Of a stretch of DNA of 64,000 nucleotides, positions 47,133-56,750 are shown piece by piece. Location of the stretch: the IMG/VR virus record IMGVR_UViG_3300025120_014919, positions 1 to 64,000 of that record. One strand, written 5' to 3'. Positions within the stretch are counted from its first letter, which is position 1; every line of letters starts with the position of its first letter. The notes below the pieces were generated by a model. The model searched no databases. It was not told the origin of the DNA and was given only the letters and a program-made list of their open reading frames with translations. The translations under genes and the position numbers were made by a program. This DNA is from a virus.

Positions 47133-47438
47133 ATGGATGAAAAGGATAAAGGTAATGAAGTAGAAAAGAAATCTACTAGCAAAGCTGATATCCGGGCCGA
47201 AGAAGTTATTAGAGAAGCTTTAAAGAAATTTGTAACAGAAAATATTTCTGAACGAAATACTGATAACGATATTAATGCTATGGTTTCCACTTGTAGTGAA
47301 TTTATGAAATCTTTTATAATTATGGGATATGATTTTCAGGGTAATGCAATCAAACCTGTTTTTTATGCTAAAACTGATATAGAAGCTGATGCATTAGCAC
47401 AACATATGCAGAAGTTTTTTATATCACAAATGAATTGA
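47133..47438 (+). CDS. Hypothetical late protein
   Basis: TAAATA-N5-ATG. Confidence 0.65.
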   Translation: MDEKDKGNEVEKKSTSKADIRAEEVIREALKKFVTENISERNTDNDINAMVSTCSEFMKSFIIMGYDFQGNAIKPVFYAKTDIEADALAQHMQKFFISQMN

Positions 47439-47468
47439 TTTACTAAAAATAGTTCATAAAATATATAT

Positions 47469-48341
47469 ATGAATATTTTAATTCTTGGCAAAGGTTATGT
47501 AGGTAACCATCTCCAAAAATACCTATCTGAGCAACAGGTACCGTATAATGATATATTTTTTAAATCAAAAAAAGATTTAGACTATACAAATTCAGAAGTG
47601 TTATATAACTTTTGCCTTTCAGAAGATATTGACACTGTAATTAATACATCTGGTTATACAGGTGCACCTAATGTAGATGGTTGTGAAGATAATAAAGAAG
47701 ATTGTTTTTATTATAATGTCAATGTACCTGTAATTATTGAAGGTATTTGCAAATCTTTAGATATGGATTTTATTCATATTGGGTCTGGTTGTATATATGG
47801 GGGTTATGATAAAGAGTATACAGAAGATGATACACCTAACTTTGGTGTATTTGAAAAGCAATCAAGTTTTTATAGTAAAACTAAACATATATCTGAACTA
47901 ATGCTTGATACTAATTTTACTAATATTATTCGAATTAGAATGCCTATCGAAAGTAAATTAACTAAGAAAAATCTATTAACTAAACTTATCAATTACCCTA
48001 ATTTAATCGATTTCGTTAATAGTAAAACAGATATGGTAGTTCTATGCGAATTTATTGAAACTGTAATGAAAAACTTTAAAGCTGGTATATATAATGCAGT
48101 TCATCATAGATCATTAGGTACTGAAGAAGTTATTGACATTTTAAAAGAATATGGTATTAAAAATGATAATTGGAAGTTTATACCTTATGATGAATTAGAA
48201 ATAAAATGTAATAGAAGTAATTGCGTATTATCTAATCAAAAAGCAAAAGATGATTTTAACTTTGATTTCGGTACCGAAGAACATTATCTAAGATTGAACG
48301 CTTCACTTATAGGAAAGGAACTAAAATGGGAAAAGAAATAG
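47469..48341 (+). CDS. NDP-4-keto-6-deoxyglucose 3,5-epimerase/4-reductase (NRS/ER-type RmlD family)
   Basis: GYTGAPNVDGCE, IGSGCIY, PNF...SFYSKTK, RIRMP. Confidence 0.75.
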   Translation: MNILILGKGYVGNHLQKYLSEQQVPYNDIFFKSKKDLDYTNSEVLYNFCLSEDIDTVINTSGYTGAPNVDGCEDNKEDCFYYNVNVPVIIEGICKSLDMDFIHIGSGCIYGGYDKEYTEDDTPNFGVFEKQSSFYSKTKHISELMLDTNFTNIIRIRMPIESKLTKKNLLTKLINYPNLIDFVNSKTDMVVLCEFIETVMKNFKAGIYNAVHHRSLGTEEVIDILKEYGIKNDNWKFIPYDELEIKCNRSNCVLSNQKAKDDFNFDFGTEEHYLRLNASLIGKELKWEKK

Positions 48342-48778
48342 TAGGTTTTACTGCAGGTAATTTTGACTTGTTACACCCAGGGTATATATATACTTTTGAA
48401 GAGGCTAAAAGACATTGTGATAGATTTTTAGTATTTTTACAAAAAGATCCATCTGCCACGAGGTATACAAAATATAAACCTGTAATACCTTATTATGAAC
48501 GGTATAAAACTTTAATGGCAATACAATATATTGACGATGTTTATTTGTATCAAACAGAAGAAGAACTGATAGAGTTAATTAAATTTTTTAAACCTGATAT
48601 TAGAATATTAGGTGAAGACTATATTGGTAAATCATTTACAGGTGATGATCTTTCTCCTGAAGTTATATACACAACCCGTTCACATGAATGGTCGACGACA
48701 AAAATTAAAGATTTAATCACGGTACAGACAATAACACAAAACCCTGATATAGTAAAAAATATACGTACAAAAAAATGA
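48326..48778 (+). CDS. Glycerol-3-phosphate cytidylyltransferase-like (TagD family)
   Basis: GFTAGNFDLLHPG, DPS..R..K.KP, RILGEDY, R.H.WST. Confidence 0.8.
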   Translation: MGKEIVGFTAGNFDLLHPGYIYTFEEAKRHCDRFLVFLQKDPSATRYTKYKPVIPYYERYKTLMAIQYIDDVYLYQTEEELIELIKFFKPDIRILGEDYIGKSFTGDDLSPEVIYTTRSHEWSTTKIKDLITVQTITQNPDIVKNIRTKK

Positions 48779-49632
48779 AAAATAAAAAAATATTAGTAAC
48801 TGGAGGAGCGGGATTTGTCGGTACAAATCTTATTAAAAAATTATTAAATGAAGGTCATACGGTAATATCAATTGATAATTATTCAACCGGATATGAAACA
48901 AATCATATAGATGGTTGTACTTATATTTCTGGAGATATTACAAATAATAAAGTTATAAATTTATTACCGACGGACGTCGATGTAATGTTTCATTTAGCAG
49001 CTCTTGCAAGAATCCAACCTTCATTAGTTAACCCTAAAAATACAATAGAGAATAATTTCAACGGTACTCTAAACGTACTAGAATATGCTAAAGTAAATAA
49101 TATTCAGGTCATATATGCTGGTTCAAGTTCAATGCATCATGGATTATATGGTAGCCCATATGCATGGTCAAAGTTTGGTGGGGAGGAATTATGTAAATTG
49201 TACAGTTCAGTATTCGACTTAAATACCACTATTTGCCGCTTTTATAATGTATATGGCCCACATCAATTAAAGACAGGTACATACGCTACCGTCATAGGTA
49301 TATTTTTAGATCAATTTAATAATAAACAACCTTTAACTATTACAGGGGACGGAGAACAACGAAGAGATTTTACACATGTTTTTGATATAGTAGATGCATT
49401 ATATCTTTGTATAGGTAAAGATTTTAGAGGTGAATTTTTTGAATTGGGTCGTGGGGTAAATTATTCAATTAATGAATTAGCTAATATGTGGGGAGAGTAT
49501 CCAAATGTACATATACCAGCTAGACCTGGTGAGTATCCATTTACTCTATGTGAAGATAAAAATGCATATAACAAGCTTGGGTGGCAACCTAAAATAGATT
49601 TAGAATATTATATTAAAAAGGAGATATTATAA
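48775..49632 (+). CDS. NAD-dependent sugar epimerase
   Basis: TGGAGFVG, HLAA, SPYAWSK, RFYNVYGP, QRRDFTHV. Confidence 0.88.
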   Translation: MKNKKILVTGGAGFVGTNLIKKLLNEGHTVISIDNYSTGYETNHIDGCTYISGDITNNKVINLLPTDVDVMFHLAALARIQPSLVNPKNTIENNFNGTLNVLEYAKVNNIQVIYAGSSSMHHGLYGSPYAWSKFGGEELCKLYSSVFDLNTTICRFYNVYGPHQLKTGTYATVIGIFLDQFNNKQPLTITGDGEQRRDFTHVFDIVDALYLCIGKDFRGEFFELGRGVNYSINELANMWGEYPNVHIPARPGEYPFTLCEDKNAYNKLGWQPKIDLEYYIKKEIL

Positions 49633-49634
49633 TA

Positions 49635-50564
49635 ATGGAAAATAAAAATATATTAGTTACCGGTGGCTGCGGGTTTATAGGTGGTAATTTTATAAGGTTT
49701 TTAAGAGATAACTTTCCTAAAAATACTATAACATGTTTAGATAAATGCGGATATGCATCAAATTTTGAATACATAAAAGACTATATCGATGTGATGATTA
49801 CTAAAGATATTTCTGAGGATATATCATCTGTATTTGCTATAAAATATGACTATATTTTTCATTTTGCAGCTGAAAGTCATGTCGATAATAGTATAGCGGA
49901 TCCTACTATTTTTGTTAAATCTAACGTATTAGGTACACAAAATTTACTTGAAGGTTTTCGTGAAGCTAATTACGGAAAATTTATACATATTAGTACCGAT
50001 GAGGTTTACGGACACTTAGGGTTCGATGATCCCTCATTTACTGAGTTAACCCCTATTGCACCTCGTTCTCCATATGCTGCAAGTAAAGCAGCAAGCGATC
50101 TCTTATGTTTATCATATATTAATACTTTTAATTGTAATATTAGTATTACTCGCTGTTGTAATAATTATGGTCCTAATCAACACGATGAAAAATTTATACC
50201 TACTATAATTAAATCATTGAAAAATGGTAAAAAAGTTCCAGTATATGGGGAAGGTATGAATATAAGAGAGTGGATTCATGTACATGATCATAATTTAGCA
50301 GTTTGGGCAGTTGCAAGGGAAGGTAAACAAGGGGTTTATAATATTGGATCTGGTTTAGAATTAACAAATATCGAACTTGTAGATAAAATATGTTGTGTAT
50401 TAGGTAAAGACCTAGATGAAAGTGTTATTTTTGTAAAAGATAGATTAGGTCATGATTTCAGATATAGTATTGATAGTACAAAAATAAAAGATGAACTATG
50501 TTTTGAACCGGTATATAATGATTTTGATAATCAATTAGAAGAATTGGTAAAAAATTATGGCTAA
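49635..50564 (+). CDS. rmlB: dTDP-glucose 4,6-dehydratase
   Basis: HFAAESHVDNSI, STDEVYG, PYAASKA, NNYGP.Q..EKFIP, REWIHV.DH, DRLGHDFRY. Confidence 0.92.
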   Translation: MENKNILVTGGCGFIGGNFIRFLRDNFPKNTITCLDKCGYASNFEYIKDYIDVMITKDISEDISSVFAIKYDYIFHFAAESHVDNSIADPTIFVKSNVLGTQNLLEGFREANYGKFIHISTDEVYGHLGFDDPSFTELTPIAPRSPYAASKAASDLLCLSYINTFNCNISITRCCNNYGPNQHDEKFIPTIIKSLKNGKKVPVYGEGMNIREWIHVHDHNLAVWAVAREGKQGVYNIGSGLELTNIELVDKICCVLGKDLDESVIFVKDRLGHDFRYSIDSTKIKDELCFEPVYNDFDNQLEELVKNYG

Positions 50565-50835
50565 GATAAAAATTAAAGCTGGTAACATGTATGCATGTCA
50601 CCATGGTGAATATGCTGGTCAGTTATTTGCATTTATTTGCCGAGATAAAAAGGAACAGACGTATAATTTTCTTAGAATGCCAGATATGATAATAACCAAA
50701 ATGTCTCAAACCGATTTTGATAATGGTTTAGATAAAGAAATTATTAAATTTGTAGAAAAATGTCCAAAATACGTGTTTAAAGTTATCCAATCACAATATA
50801 AGAAAAATGAAAATACTGACAATAGACGGAAATAA
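50557..50835 (+). CDS. Hypothetical protein
   Basis: 92-aa coupled ORF. Confidence 0.6.
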   Translation: MAKIKIKAGNMYACHHGEYAGQLFAFICRDKKEQTYNFLRMPDMIITKMSQTDFDNGLDKEIIKFVEKCPKYVFKVIQSQYKKNENTDNRRK

Positions 50836-51691
50836 TTTAGTACATCGGGTATATTGGGTTGCTAACAATATAAAAAACGTATCTGAAAACTATCACGTTT
50901 ATATGTTTTTAAATAGCGTTAAAAGTTATGTAGAAATGTACCAACCTGATAAAGTTATATGTGTATGGGATGAAAAACCTGACTATAGACCTAATAAACG
51001 TAAGGAACTTCTAGATGATTATAAAGGTAATCGAGATCCAGAGTATGGTAAAGAAGTTCATAATAAAAATGAAATGATTAAAGAAATGCTTAATACACTA
51101 GGAATACCGTCAATTTTTCCTAGATCATATGAAGCAGATGACGTTATTAAGATAATTAACGATGCATACGATAAATTAAGTCAGACTAAATTTTATTTAA
51201 CAAAAAAATTGTTCAAACATATTATTATTACCGTAGATAAAGACCTATGCCAGTTAATATCACATAAAGTCTCTGTATATGACCCAATAAAAAAGGTTGA
51301 AATTAATAAAGAAAATTTTGAAGAGGTGTTAAACTACAGTATAAAGGATTTTATCAAAGTAAAGGCATTAACAGGTGATAAAAGTGACAATATACCCGGT
51401 TTAAAAGGTTTTGGTAAAGTTAAAGTAAAAAAGTTTCTAGCTGGAGATGTTGTTTTAACTGAAAAGGAAAATGATACATATAAAAGAAATTTAGAATTAG
51501 TTACATTGACTGATGATAAAGATGAAAAAGAATATGTGATTAATCAGTTATCTGAAATTAAAGATGAGACGGACTATGAACAGTTTAAAAAATTAAGTAA
51601 AGATTATAATTTAAGTCAAATTCTTAAAAATGATACAAAATGGTATACTACATTTTTCCAGAAAAATAGATTAATAGAATTACTATCTTAA
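50807..51691 (+). CDS. rnh: T4 RNase H-like 5'-3' exonuclease
   Basis: IDGNNL, YKGNR, EADD, DKDL.QL, GDKSDNIPG. Confidence 0.9.
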   Translation: MKILTIDGNNLVHRVYWVANNIKNVSENYHVYMFLNSVKSYVEMYQPDKVICVWDEKPDYRPNKRKELLDDYKGNRDPEYGKEVHNKNEMIKEMLNTLGIPSIFPRSYEADDVIKIINDAYDKLSQTKFYLTKKLFKHIIITVDKDLCQLISHKVSVYDPIKKVEINKENFEEVLNYSIKDFIKVKALTGDKSDNIPGLKGFGKVKVKKFLAGDVVLTEKENDTYKRNLELVTLTDDKDEKEYVINQLSEIKDETDYEQFKKLSKDYNLSQILKNDTKWYTTFFQKNRLIELLS

Positions 51692-51699
51692 ATATTAAT

Positions 51700-51945
51700 A
51701 TGCAAGATCAATTTATTAACCCTCAGCAAATCCGTTCACCATATACCGGTGAAACAGTTAGACCTACATATAACACATATGATGCCAATGGCAAAACCTA
51801 TGAACAAGCAGTTATGTCTGACCCAGTTACAGGTCATATAATTAAAAAAGGTCTTGTTTCTATTAAAGATACAAAGACCGGGGAAGTAATACAAGATTAC
51901 CATTCAGCTTTATCTCAAAGTAATACAACACAAAGCAGAGGTTAG
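51700..51945 (+). CDS. Small late protein
   Basis: TAAATA-N5-ATG; SPYTGE/DPVTG/DTKTGE repeats. Confidence 0.65.
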   Translation: MQDQFINPQQIRSPYTGETVRPTYNTYDANGKTYEQAVMSDPVTGHIIKKGLVSIKDTKTGEVIQDYHSALSQSNTTQSRG

Positions 51946-51981
51946 ACTTGAAATATAGTATATTGCATTTATAATTATAAT

Positions 51982-53013
51982 GTGATAGTTATACCAGAGC
52001 AATACGTTGTAAACGTTTTATATGAGAATATCTATAAGATCTCATATAATAAATACAATAAATCGTATAACGGTTGTTGCCCTATTTGTAAAGAAGGTAA
52101 CTCGTGGGGTAAGAAAAAACGATTCTATTATATACCTGATAAAGAGTTAGCATATTGTCATAACTGCGGATATAGTAAAAAGGCTCTTACATTTATAACT
52201 GAAGTAACTAATAAATCTTTACATCAAATTATAAATGAAGTTAAAGAGTTTGATGTAGAGATTTTACCTATAGAAGAACCAATAGAAGTAAAAAAGGTAA
52301 TAGATAAAAGTCTTCCGGAAGATTGTATTAACTTATCTGATATAAGTCAAATAGAGTACTATAAAGATAATGCAGTTGTAAAAACAGCTTTACAATTAAT
52401 TAAAGATAGAAAACTTGATAAAGGTATTAATAAACCTAAAACGTTTTATATATCACTAAAAGATGTAGTGCATAAAAATAGATTAATATTACCGTTTTAC
52501 GATGAAAATGATGATATAATATTTTATCAATCTAGAGGATTAACTAAAAAGGATCTATTTGAAAGACCGAAATACCTTAGTAAGGTAGGAGCAGAGAGAA
52601 GCTTATACGGTATGCAAAATATAAATTCTAATTTAGATAACGTGTTTATATTTGAAGGTCCGATTGATAGTTATTTTGTTGAAAACGGTTTAGCTACTTG
52701 TGGTATTACCGAAAGAAGTGATAAGATGTTTACTTCTCTACAGAAGGAGCAGATCAATAAACTAAACTTATATGAAAAAATTTATGTGTTAGATAATCAG
52801 TACTGCGATAAAGCAGCTTTAAGTAAAAGTATTATATTGGCTGATAATAATGAAAAGGTTTTTATATGGCCTAAAGAATTAAAACGCTTTAAAGACTTTA
52901 ATGATATATGCGTGGCTGGTAATAAAGACAAAATAAAACCTGAATTTATATTAAAAAATACTCATTCAGGTCTTAAAGCTAAATTATTATTAACTGAGAT
53001 TAAAAATAGTTAG
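51982..53013 (+). CDS. gp61: DNA primase gp61
   Basis: CPIC..CHNCG zinc finger, FYQSR, PKY, FEGPIDS TOPRIM, LDN, KDFND. Confidence 0.92.
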   Translation: MIVIPEQYVVNVLYENIYKISYNKYNKSYNGCCPICKEGNSWGKKKRFYYIPDKELAYCHNCGYSKKALTFITEVTNKSLHQIINEVKEFDVEILPIEEPIEVKKVIDKSLPEDCINLSDISQIEYYKDNAVVKTALQLIKDRKLDKGINKPKTFYISLKDVVHKNRLILPFYDENDDIIFYQSRGLTKKDLFERPKYLSKVGAERSLYGMQNINSNLDNVFIFEGPIDSYFVENGLATCGITERSDKMFTSLQKEQINKLNLYEKIYVLDNQYCDKAALSKSIILADNNEKVFIWPKELKRFKDFNDICVAGNKDKIKPEFILKNTHSGLKAKLLLTEIKNS

Positions 53014-53558
53014 TTACGTTTATATTGACCAAGATCACGGTAACCCATTTGATCTTGCAAAAATCCTTTTAATATCTCAAATTCTTCTCCACTTAGATTA
53101 ACTAAGTATTCTAACTCAATATCTCCAATAGAATCAGCGAACTTTTCAGCCTTATCTTCAAAATTAGAAGAATCGCCTACTGATTCATCTTCTTCATTAC
53201 TTTTTCTAACGTATTCATCTTCATCATCATCATAATCCCAATCATTGGCATCAAAATTTTTAAAGTTTTGTACCATTTCATACTCTTCAGGAGATAAAAT
53301 AGACAATTCTTCAAGAGATGTATTATCTAAGTTATCTTCTTCCATTTCACCGTGAGTCTTATTAGATTGAGCACTTGGAGGTCGAGTTTTTCTATATCTA
53401 CCACCTGAACCATCTCTTGCAGCGTCCACATTACTTGGAGCACCACCACGTGACATATCATATGATTTACCTTTTGGAGCTTTAGAAGTGCCAGCTTCCC
53501 AATCTTCAGTTAAAGTTTGTGTATAAGCTTCGAAAATTAAATTTTGATCTGTATTCAT
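53010..53558 (-). CDS. Acidic probable internal head protein
   Basis: MNTDQNLIFEAY..LTE; TAAATA just upstream. Confidence 0.65.
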   Translation of the reverse strand: MNTDQNLIFEAYTQTLTEDWEAGTSKAPKGKSYDMSRGGAPSNVDAARDGSGGRYRKTRPPSAQSNKTHGEMEEDNLDNTSLEELSILSPEEYEMVQNFKNFDANDWDYDDDEDEYVRKSNEEDESVGDSSNFEDKAEKFADSIGDIELEYLVNLSGEEFEILKGFLQDQMGYRDLGQYKRN

Positions 53559-53573
53559 TATTATTTAAATAAG

Positions 53574-53990
53574 TTAGTTAAACTTATATTTAGGATCATT
53601 AGCACCTGCTAAATAACCTTTTAAGATTTCACTAAGTGAAGAAACTTCCATCGCAACTCTAGCAATCTTCTTTGTTTCGGCATTTGAAATACTATCAAAA
53701 ATTGTATCTCCTTCAGCTGAATTAAGCGAAGTTTGGATACTATCTGAAGTACCATTCAAGTAATCAGAAAATTCATCCATTTTTTGGATCCAACTATTTA
53801 ACTCCTCGAACATTTGTTTTGATTGAGAGCTTATTGGGCTATCTCCTTCAGGTACATCGACATCAAACTCATCAATCGATGTGTCGGGATCTAATGTAGA
53901 AGCCATTGCTTCTTGATCAGTTAATTCATCAGTATTTTCATCATCTTGCTCTCTTAAAAACTTAGAGAATCTTTTTTGGTATAAGCTCAT
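53574..53990 (-). CDS. Acidic probable internal head protein
   Basis: Start corrected to 53990 (MSLYQKRFSKFLREQ), 5 nt after TATAAATA. Confidence 0.7.
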   Translation of the reverse strand: MSLYQKRFSKFLREQDDENTDELTDQEAMASTLDPDTSIDEFDVDVPEGDSPISSQSKQMFEELNSWIQKMDEFSDYLNGTSDSIQTSLNSAEGDTIFDSISNAETKKIARVAMEVSSLSEILKGYLAGANDPKYKFN

Positions 53991-53995
53991 ACAAT

Positions 53996-54007
53996 TATTT
54001 ATAAATA
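53996..54007. promoter_or_regulatory. Palindromic bidirectional late promoter TATTTATAAATA
   Basis: Perfect palindrome; ATG exactly 5 nt beyond each end (53990 minus, 54013 plus). Confidence 0.85.
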
Positions 54008-54012
54008 TTAAT

Positions 54013-54384
54013 ATGAGATATACAGGAAAATTCAATGATTTTGTAAGATTACTTGAAGAACAAGATATGATACCAGATTCTAACAGGCAGGTATCCGGGA
54101 TGGCAACTGAAAATGAGCCATTAGCAACTAATGTTAATGACTTTTTTTCAAGTATTCAGAGGAAAGATGTATCACCAGAAAACATACCATATCCGTTGAA
54201 TGAATTTGATAGCGTAGCTAGTGACGCATACATAGCAATACAAAATTTAGAAAATATATTAAAAATAGCTGAAACTAATGCAGTTATAAAAAATAAAAAT
54301 TCTATAAGACCGATAATGGGTGAACTTATGGATTTAAAAAAAGAAATAGTTGATATTACGAATAAAGTCGGTAAAATAAAATAA
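54013..54384 (+). CDS. Late protein, probable internal head protein
   Basis: MRYTGKFNDFVRLLEEQ. Confidence 0.65.
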   Translation: MRYTGKFNDFVRLLEEQDMIPDSNRQVSGMATENEPLATNVNDFFSSIQRKDVSPENIPYPLNEFDSVASDAYIAIQNLENILKIAETNAVIKNKNSIRPIMGELMDLKKEIVDITNKVGKIK

Positions 54385-54746
54385 TGAAGAAGATACTAAC
54401 CTCTTTAACTCTTACCATTTTAGTAGGTTGTCTATTTGGTATATTATTTAAAAGTTTTTCAGTATTTGCAATTGCAATTATTTTACAATTTTTGTTTTTC
54501 TATTTCTTCAATTCAGCATATGAAAATCTACTCGTACAAAGAGTAGTAACTGCAAATATTGAGTTAGAAAAATCAAAAATAATAAATACCCTTGAAGTAA
54601 AATGCCCTTGCGGTGGTAAACAGGATGTTTTACTTTCATTTAGTGAAGATACTATATACAGGTGTAATGAATGTAAAAATGAGGTAAGAGTAGCAGTTAA
54701 TATCGGTACAGCTTTAGTAACTAACCCTATATTTACGGAAAAATGA
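54384..54746 (+). CDS. Two-TM membrane protein with zinc ribbon
   Basis: Two hydrophobic helices; CPCG..CNEC; promoter TTGATA-N16-TAAAAT-N6-ATG. Confidence 0.7.
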   Translation: MKKILTSLTLTILVGCLFGILFKSFSVFAIAIILQFLFFYFFNSAYENLLVQRVVTANIELEKSKIINTLEVKCPCGGKQDVLLSFSEDTIYRCNECKNEVRVAVNIGTALVTNPIFTEK

Positions 54747-55141
54747 ACGAATTAGAAAAACTTACCAAAGAAGTTAATCAAGACGGGTTTATTAAAAATA
54801 AAGAGGTTAACAAAATTGATATAGACGATATCGTTAATTTTTTTACAGATGACAATTTTGATAATAAAAGTAGGGTCATTGCCGGTAGAGTGTTTCAAAA
54901 AAATAAAAAAAACGATACCATCGAAACGTTTTTTAAATTAATTGAAGGGGAAATTAAAAAAATAGAATCTAAAAATAATAAAGATCCTGACAATTCATTT
55001 TTTAATCTTAATAAAAAGATTTTATCTAATAATATATACAACCTTAAAGAGATTATAAGAACATACGATATTGATAACGAAAAAATATTATATTTTTTAA
55101 TAGGAACTTTGATACAATATGTATATGAGTCAAAACGTTGA
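54743..55141 (+). CDS. Hypothetical protein
   Basis: ATGA-coupled ORF. Confidence 0.6.
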   Translation: MNELEKLTKEVNQDGFIKNKEVNKIDIDDIVNFFTDDNFDNKSRVIAGRVFQKNKKNDTIETFFKLIEGEIKKIESKNNKDPDNSFFNLNKKILSNNIYNLKEIIRTYDIDNEKILYFLIGTLIQYVYESKR

Positions 55142-55382
55142 TATAATAGAAGAATATGGTATAGATTTTGTAGCTAGATTTGCATGCCTCTATGAGGGTG
55201 TAAATACAGCATGTGATAGAGCTGAAAGGCTAGGTTACGATACCCAGACGAGTAATGTTTGGTGTAAACCTACTGCTTTACAAAAATATGTAAGTGAAAG
55301 GTATTTAGATATGAAACATGAAATACAATTACACCAGAAAGGTATTAATACAGATGAAATTTATCCCTGGAGCAAAGTTTAG
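55119..55382 (+). CDS. Hypothetical protein
   Basis: Coupled ORF; start may be 55125. Confidence 0.6.
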   Translation: MYMSQNVDIIEEYGIDFVARFACLYEGVNTACDRAERLGYDTQTSNVWCKPTALQKYVSERYLDMKHEIQLHQKGINTDEIYPWSKV

Positions 55383-55560
55383 TAATAGTACAATGAAAAA
55401 TACAAAACTCTTTAAACCAGGAGTTTTGTATATACTAAAAAACATTAATAAAACTGAAGAAGGCTATACATATACCTTTACAGTTAATGGTGAGTCTAAA
55501 GACATTAAGTTCAATAGTGTACAGCAAGCTGATGAGTGGTTGAATACTATTATTTTTTAA
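55354..55560 (+). CDS. Hypothetical protein
   Basis: Likely start MKFIPG. Confidence 0.5.
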   Translation: MKFIPGAKFSNSTMKNTKLFKPGVLYILKNINKTEEGYTYTFTVNGESKDIKFNSVQQADEWLNTIIF

Positions 55561-56360
55561 TAATAATCACCATATACATCAGTATTGTTCTGAGACATAT
55601 CAAATATATCATTTTTACTAACGTTATCTACATTGTAATCGTCGTACCCTGGCTTCTTAGTTTGTGATTCTGGGTTTGTACCTCCGCTTAATCTACCACT
55701 AAATGAATCTTCAAATACTTGATTATTACCTGAAATACCTTCAAACCTATTACTTGCGTTTTTATTATTGAAAGGTATATTAGGTTCGAAACTATAATCT
55801 AGACGTTTAGCTTTTAATAAAAATACGTAATGACCTCCTAATTGATTCATTGCTAATATATCTTGATCTAATTTTTGTGTAATTTCAAAATATTTACCTT
55901 GTCTATCATTCGGTCTATCGTTACCATATTCACTTAATTGGAATATATCACCTGCTTTAGGCTCAACTATACTGTATTGATTTTCAAAGGCACCACTTAA
56001 AGTAAAAAAGGTATCGAAAAAACTAGATATATGAATATATGCAGTAATTTCATCATCACTTTCAAAACCATATTGTGAAAGAGTAATTGCATTTTCATTT
56101 AAGGTTGCTGCTAAAATTAATTTTCTAGGCTCAGCAAATACTTTATTAGGGTCTTCACCGTAAAAATTATCTGCACTTAATACGTTATATGTATTGACGA
56201 AATAATCTACCTTTGTACCATATAAATTAATTTGTTCTCTCCACCAATTACTAAACAAAGTTCTTTCATTTTCCTGAATAGATTTATCAGAAAATCTGAA
56301 ACAAGTTTCATCGGTTTGTACTAAACCTGGGAAATCACAATTATAATCTGGTTGGCTCAT
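55557..56360 (-). CDS. gp14: Neck protein gp14-like
   Basis: EQINLYG..VDY, YGED..K.F, SQYG, EP.AGDIF, FEI. Confidence 0.7.
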   Translation of the reverse strand: MSQPDYNCDFPGLVQTDETCFRFSDKSIQENERTLFSNWWREQINLYGTKVDYFVNTYNVLSADNFYGEDPNKVFAEPRKLILAATLNENAITLSQYGFESDDEITAYIHISSFFDTFFTLSGAFENQYSIVEPKAGDIFQLSEYGNDRPNDRQGKYFEITQKLDQDILAMNQLGGHYVFLLKAKRLDYSFEPNIPFNNKNASNRFEGISGNNQVFEDSFSGRLSGGTNPESQTKKPGYDDYNVDNVSKNDIFDMSQNNTDVYGDYY

Positions 56361-56686
56361 CTTTCAATTACAAATTTATTTAAGTTAGAATCAAAATACA
56401 ATTTAATACCAGTACTACCTAATTTTTTAACTTCACCTTTATAGGGTATTACCTTATACTGGCTTTTTATATAATCTAAATCAACAGGAAAGCATACTTT
56501 CTTACCATGACCGTCTCTTAATTGTTCAATTTTTTGATTTTTAGATGGATCAGTTTTTAAGTAATCAGCCATTATGTTACCTTTTTTACGACTATTACTA
56601 TTTGGTATAACTTTTCTATGCCAGTGTTCAACCCCTGGTTTAGGCTTCTGATATTTATTCTCAAAAAACTTATCAAATCTTAACAT
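56357..56686 (-). CDS. Basic late protein
   Basis: TAAATA-N5-ATG; MLRFDKFFENK. Confidence 0.65.
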   Translation of the reverse strand: MLRFDKFFENKYQKPKPGVEHWHRKVIPNSNSRKKGNIMADYLKTDPSKNQKIEQLRDGHGKKVCFPVDLDYIKSQYKVIPYKGEVKKLGSTGIKLYFDSNLNKFVIER

Positions 56687-56700
56687 ATTTATATTTATGG

Positions 56701-56729
56701 AAAAAAAAGCACAACCAAATGGTTGTGCT
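56701..56729 (-). terminator. Intrinsic terminator
   Basis: agcacaacc-aaat-ggttgtgct stem followed by U-run on minus strand. Confidence 0.85.
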
Positions 56730-56750
56730 CTCTTTAATTATGTATTTTTT

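Noticed and set aside
9510-50564. A streptomycin-like antibiotic cluster (StrB1, StrS, StrF, RmlB/D family members)
   Set aside because: These families are generic, the genes are split over three loci, and no inositol-pathway, export or resistance genes are seen
53991-54035. N-terminal extensions in the ORF track (54035, 18310, 6518, 23903, 24282)
   Set aside because: They run through promoters or neighbouring genes; downstream ATGs fit the fixed promoter spacing or gene overlaps
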